From Nitrospirota bacterium (GTDB lineage Bacteria > Nitrospirota > UBA9217): DNA of 64,000 bases. Shown piece after piece: positions 1-9,416 of this stretch (within the stretch, counting starts at the first letter, position 1; every line of letters begins with the position of its first letter). The position numbers and the translations under genes were made by a program. A model generated the notes under the pieces. That model worked only from the letters and a program-made list of their open reading frames with translations, was not told the origin of the DNA and did no database searches. The stretch spans positions 224,001 to 288,000 of the forward strand of contig CAWJQQ010000001.1 of assembly GCA_963845065.1 (NCBI GenBank), given 5' to 3'.

Positions 1-20
1 ACAAAGAACAGGAGGAAGCA

Positions 21-1115
21 ATGAATAAGAAAATGTTAGTGGCAGTTTTGAGTAATGCGATGCTGATGATCTCAGCGGCCACAGTCTTTGCGGACGACCT
101 GCAAGAAAATGAAGCAGCCGGGGCTGTGTATGCCATGACCAATGACGCTAGCGGCAATCAAGTCGTTATTTTTGATAGGGACGACGAGGGTATCCTGACA
201 AAAGCAGGTTCAATATCAACTGGTGGGACCGGTACTGGAAGCGTGTTGGATACACTGGGTTCTCAAGGGTCCCTCAACCTCAGCAAGGACCAAAGCTGGC
301 TTTTGGCTGTTAATGCAGGGAGTAATGATATCTCTGTCTTCAAAGTTCTGCCAGAAGGACTCAAGTTCGTTAGCAAGGTTGGTACTGGAGGAACAATGCC
401 TGTGAGCGTGACCGTCTTCCATAACCGTATCTATGTTCTTAACGCCGGTGGGTCTCCAAACATTAGCGGTTTCAGCATGAGCTACAGAGGTGAACTGACC
501 CCTCTCACTAATTCCACTCGATCGTTGGGAGCCGGCTCATTTGCCCAGGTGGGTTTTGACCCAGAAGGTGAGAAACTGGTAGTAACAGATAAAGCAAATA
601 GCACGATTATCGTCTACTCCGTAGGTGATAGCGGATTGCCTGGCATGAATCCTGTAACTTCGCCCTCTCATGGTGTTACCCCCTTCGGGTTTATCTTTGA
701 TCAACGGGGACACCTGCTGGTCGTTGAAGCAACCACGAATGCTGTTTCGTCTTACAAGATTCTGCCCGATGACACTTTGGACGTGATAAGCGGATCGGTA
801 CCCAATGGGCAGGTGGCGGCCTGCTGGATAGCCGAAAATGAGCATGGAGACGTTTTCACTGATAACCCCGGCACAAGCTCCGTTTCCTCTTATAAAGACA
901 GACATGGAAGCCTTGATCTGCTTAATGGTGTTGCTGGCACGGGAACTACACCTCTCGATCTGTCTATAACACCTGATGGACGTTTTCTTTATGCGTTGGA
1001 CCCTAAGAATGGAACCATAGACATGTTCCAAATCGAGCATGACGGTAGCTTGACAAGTTTTGGCACGGTCGCTGGGGGCTTCTCTATTTTTGCGCAAGGC
1101 ATTGCGGCACGCTGA
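21..1115 (+). CDS. Secreted lactonase-family (6-phosphogluconolactonase-like) 7-bladed beta-propeller
   Basis: GGAGG RBS, signal peptide ending VFA, AVYAMTN, SQGS, GGTMPVSV, TPFGF, AACWI and QGIAAR motifs typical of this propeller family. Confidence 0.8.
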   Translation: MNKKMLVAVLSNAMLMISAATVFADDLQENEAAGAVYAMTNDASGNQVVIFDRDDEGILTKAGSISTGGTGTGSVLDTLGSQGSLNLSKDQSWLLAVNAGSNDISVFKVLPEGLKFVSKVGTGGTMPVSVTVFHNRIYVLNAGGSPNISGFSMSYRGELTPLTNSTRSLGAGSFAQVGFDPEGEKLVVTDKANSTIIVYSVGDSGLPGMNPVTSPSHGVTPFGFIFDQRGHLLVVEATTNAVSSYKILPDDTLDVISGSVPNGQVAACWIAENEHGDVFTDNPGTSSVSSYKDRHGSLDLLNGVAGTGTTPLDLSITPDGRFLYALDPKNGTIDMFQIEHDGSLTSFGTVAGGFSIFAQGIAAR

Positions 1116-1527
1116 GAAATGAGCAAACTAAGGGATTTCAAGAGTCAGGAACATAGAGGGGTGCAGCGTGAACACTCTGTGCCCCATTCTTTCAAGAGAG
1201 GCCCTAGAGGACATTTATCCTTTACATGAATTATCAATGCCCAACTTATAACAACATTGAATTATCGTTTGTAAGTGGCGATCGCGAGCTGACCATGATT
1301 TCGCTTATCGTAATAAGTGGCGTTAATTGCAAAAAAATGCAGTGATCAGGATAGACGCAGAAAATGGAGCTTAAGTGGAAAGGAGATGATATCATAAAAA
1401 AATTTTACGAAGTCATGGTTTGGTAAATTGAGACCGGGTATTAAGTTTCTTACAATAATTCTGTAATTCTGTAGGACATCTTAAAACAAGTTACGGAATT
1501 CAGTAAACAATCTAAGGAGGATTTGCC

Positions 1528-1943
1528 ATGAAAAAGATGTCTGTAATAGCCACGGTAATTATATCCACCATAGTCCTGATGTTCTCAATAGGGGGTCAAA
1601 TTCGCACAAGCTGAAGAAAAGATGATGGACTAAAGACATGATGATGAAACAGGGCGAAATGATGAAGGAAAAGGGGCAGATGATGATGGACAAGGGCAAA
1701 ATGATGAAGGAAGGTATGATGGATAAAGACACGATGATGAAGGAAGGCGATATGATGATGAAAGAAGGCGACATGACGATGAAAAACGGTAAAATGATGA
1801 TGAAAAATGGTAAAAAGATGAAGGAAGGCAAAATGGATAAAGATATGATGATGAAAGAAGGCGACATGATGATGAAAGAAGGCAAAATGATGATGGATAC
1901 AGGCAATGGCATTACGACTTTCAATGGCGGAAATCCCAATTGA
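1528..1943 (+). pseudogene. Methionine-rich secreted protein, copy 1, with two +1 frameshifts in the 5' part
   Basis: AGGAGG RBS and ATG at 1528 give MKKMSVIATVIISTIVLMFSIG, homologous to 10940; extra G in G5 at 1591-1595 and an extra base near 1630-1631 disconnect it from the Met-rich frame 1638-1943 (33 Met in 101 aa). Confidence 0.75.
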
Positions 1944-2153
1944 ACTCCCTTATAGAAAAGGGTGATCCTATTCAACTTGATTAAGCCGCATAAAACGTCA
2001 GACGCCTGTGTGGAGATGTAGCGGCTCGGATGGAGACCGTCAAGTATATTTATTTGAAACTGAACTGGCTATTACAGTATTAGTCGGAAAATAAAAAAAA
2101 TAGGCCCCCTGACGCCTTGTCGGGGGTGCTTCACGTAAAATTTGGAGGGAAGA

Positions 2154-2456
2154 ATGCGCAAGATGAACCTTTTTGGGAAATTAGCACTCACAGGCATCTT
2201 ATGCATCATGGCTATCGCCTTAGCAAGCCAGGGGGCATTGGCTGCGAATGATCAAGAGAAGGTCATTTTTGTCGTCACGTGATTTGACGTTGGCAAAGAG
2301 GCCCTGGAAGGGCTGAATGGCGTACTTAAAGTCGAAAAAGGCTTTCGTTCCTTTAAAGAGATAAATACCGTTTATTATGATCCAAAGATAATCACGATCG
2401 AAGAAATGGAAAAGGCCTTGAAGAAGGCCGGAACCTACGTAGAAATGATAAAATAG
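2154..2456 (+). CDS. Secreted ~100-aa putative selenoprotein, mini-MsrA/HMA-like fold (Sec at TGA 2280-2282)
   Basis: [111 protein letters not shown] aligns with Cys of 6907-7266; hairpin follows. Confidence 0.85.
2288..2319 (+). promoter_or_regulatory. Bacterial SECIS-like hairpin
   Basis: GCCCT-GGA-AGGGC stem-loop (2301-2313), loop starts 23 nt after the TGA; possible lower stem CGTT/AATG. Confidence 0.7.
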
Positions 2457-3060
2457 CCCATAGAAATTGCGTTCTACTCATATATTAAAAAGGAGGCGAT
2501 ATGACTCCCGTAATTATTATGTGTGTTATGTTATAACGTGATTCGGGCATGTCGCAGACCGCGGCAACTGCAGCAGCATTATAGTGCCGGCACGATCTTC
2601 ACGTCTCTAATCGCTGGCCCGGGAATAAGCTGTGATTTTATTCTTTTTCGTTTCCTACTCCATTGATAGCATGATTCTTTGACCCGCCATTACTTATCCG
2701 CCCGGTCTGTGATATAATTCTAAAAATTATCTTTTTGTTAAGCTTATCGCGTTGTTCTCACTCCTTTTTTGCTAAAACGTCGACCGTGAAGTGGAGTGGT
2801 GTCCTACTTGCGAACAGCCGCTCCTACGCTATGACTTCGTTTCAATGTTGCTACCTACTGAGGGATCGGATGGTCAAGTCCGGGTCTGGCTACAGACCTG
2901 CGAGGGATCAAAGCAGTCGTCAGTGCGCGGGTGCCTTCGGTCGAATTAGTGAAGTTCTGATAAGGTTTCCCGGTTGACATCTATGCCGCGAAAATAGTGA
3001 TAGTTGATGCTGAACGTGGACCATGACAACCCTATTCATCGAGAAAGAGAGGATTAGAAC

Positions 3061-4680
3061 ATGAAAACATCGGGCACGGGAGTTCTCATCGGATCAGCGG
3101 TTAGTGCATTGCTGACCGTAGCACTGATTGCCCTCTTTTACGCAGGGTGGCGGTTGGCAGACCTGCCTTTCGTTCCCTTTGATGTGTTCGACTGGATGAC
3201 CCGCGTACTGCCGGGAGCCGTTATCGAATTTGTAATCAGTACCATGGTAGCTGCCATCCGCGGGCTGCAACTGGGTCCCACATCTGTAGTCGCCAAGATC
3301 ATTGAGCAGACAATCGGGATTGTCAATCTGTTTTTTACGGGCGTCATTGCCGGCAGCGTTCTCTTTGGAGTCTTGCGTACGCTTCGTGGCAGATACGCCT
3401 ATGTGTCGGGTTTATTCCTGGGAGTTCTCGCGGCCATTCCTGCCGTACTCATTAGTTCTTTTCTTGGCAAGACTGCCGTAGCCCCTCCGATAGTCAGCGC
3501 GCTCTGGATACTGATCGTATTTGTCTTCTGGGGCATTGCAATTGCCTGGGCTTATCTGCGGTTGGCCAGCATCGCTACAACTGAACCGGGTACGGATCTC
3601 GAGCCTTTTGCACAGCGGGTCAGCCGGCGCAAATTTCTGATCCGTCTTGCAGGGTATACGGCCACAATCACGGTGTCCGGGGCAATGGTGGGTTTTCTGT
3701 CTGAGCGCCACAGTCGGATGAAATTGGAGAGCTTGATGCCCTGGTCCGCAACACACGTGCTGCCGAACGCCGGCGCCGCTGTCAAGCCTGCGCCAGGCAC
3801 TCGGCCCGAATATACATCTTTGGAACGGCACTACCGCATAGACATTAACACGACCCCGCCGCAGATCGACGGAATGATGTGGCGGCTCAAGATCGGAGGA
3901 CTCGTCGAAAAGCCTCTGTCCTTCACGCTTGACGATCTCCATCGCTATGAACCCATGCACCAGTTCGTTACTCTGTCTTGCATCTCCAACCCGGTGGGCG
4001 GAGATCTTATAGGAACGACCCGCTGGACCGGAGTCAGCCTGAAGAGCTTTCTACTCGACCTTGGCCTGAAGCCCAATGTTACGCATCTCAAAATCAGTTC
4101 GGCAGACGGATTCTGGGAAACCCTAGCCCTGGAGACGATCATGGCCGACGAGCGGGTAATGCTGGCCTATGCCTGGGACGGGTTGCCGTTGCGTGACGAT
4201 CACGGCTTTCCGCTGCGGGTCTACATTCCGGACGTACACGGTATGAAGCAGCCCAAATGGATCGAGTCCATCGAGGCAATGGACCACTGGGAACCAGGCT
4301 ACTGGGTGGTCCGCGGCTGGGACAAGGTCGCAAAGATGAAGGCAACATCCGTGATCGACACCATCGCCGTCGATATGACAATTATTAGCGCAGATCAGCG
4401 GAAACTGGTGCCCATCGGCGGCATCGCCCACGCAGGCGCCCGCGGAATCTCAAAAGTCGAAGTAAGGGTTGATGACGGCCCTTGGCAGGCGGCTGAGATC
4501 AGAACTCCTCTGTCACAAACGACGTGGGTGATCTGGCGATATGACTGGCCATTCCAGCAGGGCAAACACACTTTCACTGTGCGCTGTTATGACGGGAGCA
4601 ACACCCCGCAGATCGTTAAAGCGATGCCGCCTGATCCCAGTGGTGCATCCGGACTGTTCAGCAAAAGCGAGAAATTCTGA
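3061..4680 (+). CDS. Membrane-anchored molybdopterin oxidoreductase, sulfite oxidase/MsrP(YedY) family
   Basis: Hydrophobic N-terminal region, internal SRRKFL twin-arginine motif, TLSCISNPVGG Mo-ligand Cys, HGFPLR and KQPKW motifs, C-terminal dimerisation domain. Confidence 0.85.
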   Translation: MKTSGTGVLIGSAVSALLTVALIALFYAGWRLADLPFVPFDVFDWMTRVLPGAVIEFVISTMVAAIRGLQLGPTSVVAKIIEQTIGIVNLFFTGVIAGSVLFGVLRTLRGRYAYVSGLFLGVLAAIPAVLISSFLGKTAVAPPIVSALWILIVFVFWGIAIAWAYLRLASIATTEPGTDLEPFAQRVSRRKFLIRLAGYTATITVSGAMVGFLSERHSRMKLESLMPWSATHVLPNAGAAVKPAPGTRPEYTSLERHYRIDINTTPPQIDGMMWRLKIGGLVEKPLSFTLDDLHRYEPMHQFVTLSCISNPVGGDLIGTTRWTGVSLKSFLLDLGLKPNVTHLKISSADGFWETLALETIMADERVMLAYAWDGLPLRDDHGFPLRVYIPDVHGMKQPKWIESIEAMDHWEPGYWVVRGWDKVAKMKATSVIDTIAVDMTIISADQRKLVPIGGIAHAGARGISKVEVRVDDGPWQAAEIRTPLSQTTWVIWRYDWPFQQGKHTFTVRCYDGSNTPQIVKAMPPDPSGASGLFSKSEKF

Positions 4681-4892
4681 GGTCTCAGACGGGACCATAG
4701 ATTAAGCTGCTTTGTGGCGGTTGCTGCACTCCAATCATGGCTCTGGGAACCTCGTGTCGTGATTAGTGGCGCAGCAACATAGTTTTACTGATTATTTATC
4801 TAAATGATTTGGTCAACAGTCCAAAAAATCAAACGCGTTACTTTGCTTATTTTTTAGGTGATAGTTTTGGCTCTCCATTCTATCAGATAACC

Positions 4893-5210
4893 TCACGCGA
4901 CGCGGACCTTTTTATAAGTATTCTTCATTAATGCAATAAACTTCTTAGTTGGAAACTTCGAGGGTACTATTCCTTCGGGAGCAGCTAATCCTTCAAAAAA
5001 GGTGACGTTTCGTAAAGTGTAATATTCTATAATATCCAGAGCATCCTGCCCGATTGCAGATCCGTAACTGATATAGTAAATCTCCCCATCTTTGAAATAT
5101 ATCCTTATTAGGTCCTCACTTGATTCTTTTACATTTATAAAAAGTGAGCCGCTTTTTTTGGTTTTATAGAGCTCTTCAAGCAGGTCCGCAAAATACTGTT
5201 CTTTGGCCAT
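4893..5210 (-). CDS. Small hypothetical protein, DUF4388/PATAN-like
   Basis: KKSGSLFI...IYFKDGEIYY pattern resembles DUF4388-type domains. Confidence 0.5.
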   Translation of the reverse strand: MAKEQYFADLLEELYKTKKSGSLFINVKESSEDLIRIYFKDGEIYYISYGSAIGQDALDIIEYYTLRNVTFFEGLAAPEGIVPSKFPTKKFIALMKNTYKKVRVA

Positions 5211-5229
5211 TTTCGCCCCCTTTTTTATC

Positions 5230-5288
5230 GCATAACGACAAAGGCTAACTATTGAGTGCAGCAAGTCCGGCCGAACCCGTTGTTAGGC
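5230..5288 (-). mobile_element. Degenerate integron attC-like site
   Basis: Minus strand GCCTAAC...GTTATGC, just after the stop of the 5301-5681 gene; inner pairing weak. Confidence 0.4.
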
Positions 5289-5300
5289 GGCCCCTCGTTT

Positions 5301-5681
5301 TTAGCAGCGCGCGTCTTCGCTGAATTGCATGTCCAAGCCGCTTTCGGCCCGATGTGGAGGGGCTGATAGATACCCCAGCTTGCCACTTCCCAGGAGTTTA
5401 ACCCGCGTAAGCTGAACCCAACTCATGTTTTCGATGGGATCGCAAGACACCCCTTGCTCCGCCATTGCCGCGACAAACGCCTGGATATCGGCACACATTA
5501 AGTATACCTCTTGAATATTATTCTTCCGCGATGGAAGAACGGCCAACTCCGCTTGTGGGAGGCCGAAGATGAGCCAACCGTTTCCAGCATTGACGTTTGG
5601 AAGCCGCAGTATGTCGCATAGGAACGCTCAGTCCACTTCGGGCTTCCGGCTATAAATTATCGAATGTGCACCGATTATTAT
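5301..5681 (-). pseudogene. Glyoxalase/extradiol dioxygenase-like pseudogene
   Basis: IIGAHSIIYSRKPEVD*AFLCDIL..GWLIFGLP..ELAV; internal stop at 5628-5630, no ATG start. Confidence 0.65.
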
Positions 5682-5733
5682 GATGTGCCTCCTGTATCCG
5701 GCTACTGCCCGTTGATTCTGTGAACCCGTAAGG

Positions 5734-5886
5734 TTAGGCTGCTCCCTTGATACCGGTCACGGACTCGAGGAATGCAGCGTCGAGCGTCGATCGGATCAAC
5801 TCCTGAAATCCGAGGATCTCAAAAAACTTCCTGCTTCTTTCAAGATCAGTAACGACAATCGCAAGGTGATCGATTTGTTTTATCAT
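5734..5886 (-). pseudogene. VOC-family N-terminal fragment
   Basis: MIKQIDHLAIVVTDLERSRKFFEILGF then ends after ~50 aa. Confidence 0.6.
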
Positions 5887-5888
5887 GG

Positions 5889-6458
5889 CTAATTTCCTCG
5901 GATTTCCGGGCAACCCTGCCTCCCCTGAAGAGCCCGGAGCGAGCGAAAGATCACGGGGACGGCGACCATCGCGCTGAGAACGATCCACTCCGCTGTGTTC
6001 GGATCGCAGAAGTATCTATTCAGCCGCAGGGTCGTGACTGCAATGACTGCGTAATACAGCATGTCGCCCGCGATCGCAAAGGCCCAGCCCATCAGGAATC
6101 CATGACCGGCAGCCAGCGCCGAGGCCCGTCCGGTCATCGGGTCCGCGCCAAAGGAGATCATAACCAGCGTAATGGGACCTGCACCGGTGCCCTTGAAATG
6201 GGCCGTGCCGCGCTCCATTGCAGCCTTCATCCTCGCGCTGAAACGGGCGAGAAACCGGACTTTCCCCCCCAACCATGCTAGAAGCTGAAGGACCGGCTCA
6301 AATGCGAGGGCCAGCATCACGTCTGAAACTAAGTAGAGCCCAGCGGTCACGGGCCAGGCCAGACCTTTGGTCTGAGCAAGCAATACGCCTGCCGGGATTC
6401 CGCCCCCGACAGGGATAAGGAAGAACATGAATACGGAAAGCATGATGGATACTAACAA
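5889..6458 (-). CDS. Hypothetical integral membrane protein
   Basis: 189-aa ORF with several hydrophobic segments (IPVGGGIPAG, DPMTGR). Confidence 0.6.
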   Translation of the reverse strand: MLVSIMLSVFMFFLIPVGGGIPAGVLLAQTKGLAWPVTAGLYLVSDVMLALAFEPVLQLLAWLGGKVRFLARFSARMKAAMERGTAHFKGTGAGPITLVMISFGADPMTGRASALAAGHGFLMGWAFAIAGDMLYYAVIAVTTLRLNRYFCDPNTAEWIVLSAMVAVPVIFRSLRALQGRQGCPEIRGN

Positions 6459-6773
6459 AAGTGCCGACCGAAGGCAAGTGGAAGGGCGGTTTAATATTTT
6501 TGTTTTTTTGACATGCTAGTGTTACTTTGTATTGCATCACTCGGATTGCTTTGACGATAACATATTCGAGGCGAAATATGCATTTTCGAGAAGGCCGTCA
6601 TGCTATGACCTACAGGATGCAAAGTTGCATGAAAACTTTATTTCGTATTCGTCAATCGTCTCGTGAACGCCCTACTCCCAATTTCACCTACTAGTTCGCA
6701 ACCACAGCAGTTTGAAAAGTTGAGAAATATTGGTTGAAACATGAAGAATCCTAGTGATACGCCCCTTCTTCTC

Positions 6774-6812
6774 CGTGACGAACACGTTACCCTCCCGTGA
6801 CCCTACCGTGAT
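6774..6812 (+). promoter_or_regulatory. Four CGT(G/T)A(C/T) direct repeats with exact 11-bp period (OmpR/PhoB-type site)
   Basis: CGTGAC 6774, CGTTAC 6785, CGTGAC 6796, CGTGAT 6807, ~95 bp upstream of the 6907/msrAB operon. Confidence 0.65.
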
Positions 6813-6906
6813 GTTCAAGTGGTACCCTTCTGTTAACAGATAAAAAATAATTTCGAAAGTTGCAAAAGCAGCAGGAGCTTCGAAAGACCTTTCATGAGAG
6901 GTAAAA

Positions 6907-7266
6907 ATGAAAAGAACATTCTTCGCGATATCCAGTGTTTTGCTGACCCTTACTATCTTCTTGCTTCTGTATTCCGGCATGATGATTGGCATTGCTACTT
7001 TGTCCCCTGCTTCTGGCTACCGGACAGCCTTTGCACAAGAGAATGGGATAGCAAAAGTGATCTTCAAGGTCAAATGTTATGATGAAGGTAAGACGGTGCT
7101 CCAGGGGTTAAAAGGAATACAGAAGATAGATACAGGCTTTCATTACATTCACGAAACCGATACAGTTTATTTTAATCCGACCGTGATTACGATTAATGAA
7201 ATGGAATCATCCTTGAAAAAGGCCGGAACGTATGTGGAAACGATAAATGAGAAAGAGAGGGACTGA
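6907..7266 (+). CDS. Cys-containing paralogue of the mini-MsrA/HMA-like putative selenoproteins
   Basis: Hydrophobic N-terminus then [50 protein letters not shown], colinear with 2154 and 10362; msrAB starts 2 nt after its stop. Confidence 0.85.
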   Translation: MKRTFFAISSVLLTLTIFLLLYSGMMIGIATLSPASGYRTAFAQENGIAKVIFKVKCYDEGKTVLQGLKGIQKIDTGFHYIHETDTVYFNPTVITINEMESSLKKAGTYVETINEKERD

Positions 7267-7268
7267 AC

Positions 7269-8333
7269 ATGGTTGAGAAATTATTAATTGCAACATTGCT
7301 GATCCTGCCGCTCATGGTTACTCAAGTAAGCACAGCCAGTCAGTCGCACCTTGAAAAAGCTACCTTTGCGGGCGGATGTTTCTGGTGCATGACGCCGCCT
7401 TTTGAGAAATTAAACGGCGTAAACGAGGTGTTATCAGGGTATACAGGCGGTAATGGACCGAATCCAACCTACGAGGACTATGCAGAAAAAGGCCACATAG
7501 AAGTAGTGCAGATCACGTATGATCCTTCCAAGATTAGCTACTCTGAATTGCTGAACGTTTTCTGGCGGCAAATAGACCCAACGGACACGGGCGGCCAATT
7601 TTGCGACAGAGGCCCGCAGTATCGCTCCGCGATATTTTATGAAAATAACGAACAGAAACGACTAGCTGAAAAATCCAAGGAAGCGCTCGAGAAATCCGGC
7701 AGGTTTCACGAGCCCATTGTGACCGAACTGATCAAAACCTCTACATTTTACATGGCTGAGGATTACCACCAGGATTACTATAAAAAGAACCCCATCAGGT
7801 ACAAGTTCTACAGGTACAATTGCGGTCGTGACCGTTATTTGGAGAAGATCTGGGGTAAAGAGGTTTCGATGCGTAGCGTAAACGCTGAAGGCACCTTCGT
7901 GAAGCCTTCTAAAGAAGAGTTGAAAAAAAGACTAACCCCCCTGCAGTACAAGGTGACTCAGCAGGAAGGAACAGAGCCACCTTTCAACAATGAATATTGG
8001 GACAACCACAAGCCTGGAATCTATGTCGATATCGTCTCCGGCGAGCCCCTGTTCAGTTCTCTAGATAAATACGAGTCCGGTACAGGATGGCCGAGTTTCA
8101 CCAAACCGCTCGAACCCGCTAACATCGTTACAAGAGAAGACCGGAGCATATTCTCGATACGGTCCGAGGTACGGAGCAAAAACGGAGACTCTCACCTGGG
8201 CCACGTGTTCAACGACGGCCCGAAACCAACGGGCCTGCGCTACTGCATGAATTCGGCGGCCCTCAGGTTCATTCCCAAGGAGAACCTGATGAAGGAAGGA
8301 TACGGTAAGTTTTTGCAGATTTTCGGCAATTAA
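7269..8333 (+). CDS. msrAB: Secreted bifunctional peptide-methionine sulfoxide reductase MsrA/MsrB
   Basis: Signal peptide; Msr[27 protein letters not shown]; MsrB GWPSF, HLGHVF, RYCMN. Confidence 0.95.
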   Translation: MVEKLLIATLLILPLMVTQVSTASQSHLEKATFAGGCFWCMTPPFEKLNGVNEVLSGYTGGNGPNPTYEDYAEKGHIEVVQITYDPSKISYSELLNVFWRQIDPTDTGGQFCDRGPQYRSAIFYENNEQKRLAEKSKEALEKSGRFHEPIVTELIKTSTFYMAEDYHQDYYKKNPIRYKFYRYNCGRDRYLEKIWGKEVSMRSVNAEGTFVKPSKEELKKRLTPLQYKVTQQEGTEPPFNNEYWDNHKPGIYVDIVSGEPLFSSLDKYESGTGWPSFTKPLEPANIVTREDRSIFSIRSEVRSKNGDSHLGHVFNDGPKPTGLRYCMNSAALRFIPKENLMKEGYGKFLQIFGN

Positions 8334-8487
8334 AGACGTTCGAGCATGCAGACCGGCAACAGGAGTATATCGTCCCTGATGCTCTTCACCATGTCCGGAG
8401 TGAAACGCATGACGAGAAGTTTATTATTAACTTTAAAAGTTGCTTATTAGGGTGTGCAATGCATGACTATAGAAGGAACAGAAACGC

Positions 8488-9195
8488 ATGTCTAATAAAG
8501 TACTTATAATTGAAGACGATAGGGATGCTGCCAATCTGCTGATGCTTCATCTGCGTGATGCAGGATACGAAGCTAGCTTGGCCTTTAACGGCAATGACGG
8601 CCTCAAACAAGCTCTCTCAAAACACTATGACCTTATTATTCTGGATTTGATACTCCCGGATGTAGACGGGCTGGAGATTTGCCGGCGCATTCGGGCTTCA
8701 CACTGTTACGTTCCCATTCTGATGCTGACGTCAAGGGCCTCTGCGGTTGATCCTATTGTCGGTTTGGAGATCGGAGCGGACGATTACATGTCCAAACCGT
8801 TCAACAGCCGGGAGCTACTGGCGCGAATAAAGGCGCTGTTCCGTCGCGTGGAGGCGATTAGGTCTGAAACATCCCATGGAGCGAAACGAAAAGTAGTCAA
8901 GGCAGGCGGCCTGGTCATTGATATGGAAAAACGGAAAGTCACGCTCCACGGAAATTCTGTGCATTTAACTGTAAAAGAGTTTGACCTCCTGGTCCATCTT
9001 GTCAGTCACCCCGGGATAGTGTATACACGGTCGGAATTACAGACTCTAGCCTGGGGTTACGGCGGCCATGAGGGGTATGAACACACGATCAATTCTCACA
9101 TCAACCGGCTGAGGGCCAAAATAGAAGTCAACGCGGCCCGACCGTCCTATATTTTAACCGTTCGTGGAATCGGTTATAAGTTTTACGATTCCTAA
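8488..9195 (+). CDS. OmpR/PhoB-family response regulator
   Basis: Receiver (IIEDD, LDLILP, GADDYMSKPF) plus winged helix (HINRLRAKIE, TVRGIGYKF). Confidence 0.92.
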   Translation: MSNKVLIIEDDRDAANLLMLHLRDAGYEASLAFNGNDGLKQALSKHYDLIILDLILPDVDGLEICRRIRASHCYVPILMLTSRASAVDPIVGLEIGADDYMSKPFNSRELLARIKALFRRVEAIRSETSHGAKRKVVKAGGLVIDMEKRKVTLHGNSVHLTVKEFDLLVHLVSHPGIVYTRSELQTLAWGYGGHEGYEHTINSHINRLRAKIEVNAARPSYILTVRGIGYKFYDS

Positions 9196-9199
9196 GTAA

Positions 9200-9361
9200 T
9201 TGTACGTAGGCAGTCGCGAGATAGATCGTTCCGGCGTGTCGGGGCTCGGCCTGGTCATCTTCAAGAGAATCTTGGGAGTCCGTGAGAGTGACATGCAGAT
9301 TAATAGCGCCGTTAATATTGGCACTGCCTTCACATTCACCCTGCCGGTTTACAGAACTTAG
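9200..9361 (+). pseudogene. C-terminal remnant of a sensor histidine kinase (end of HATPase_c)
   Basis: Hand translation LYVGSREIDRSGVSGLGLVIFKRILGVRESDMQINSAVNIGTAFTFTLPVYRT*: G2 box and terminal G-T-x-F-x-F-x-LP strand only. Confidence 0.75.
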
Positions 9362-9416
9362 TTATAATCCGACCAAATCGAGCTTGAGATATCAGCCTTT
9401 AGTGCTACTCTTTTTT

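Noticed and set aside
1612..1614. TGA after the signal peptide of Met-rich copy 1 as Sec
   Set aside because: It arises only from the extra G; read-through would not join the Met-rich frame
1638..1900. Met-rich or YWT DNA repeats as a CRISPR array
   Set aside because: In-frame coding repeats without unique spacers; no cas genes. No CRISPR array was seen in the window
1559..1975. Minus-strand Ile/Phe/Ser-rich ORFs (also 11074-11385 and His-rich 11078-11329)
   Set aside because: Antisense shadows of ATG-rich repeats
2735..3050. Moco riboswitch upstream of the molybdoenzyme
   Set aside because: Could not find the characteristic conserved elements by eye; needs an Rfam scan
5628..5630. In-frame TGA in the glyoxalase-like gene as another Sec codon
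   Set aside because: The position corresponds to Arg (D-R-AF) in this family as I recall it, the start is lost and the gene is otherwise degraded; ordinary CGA-to-TGA mutation
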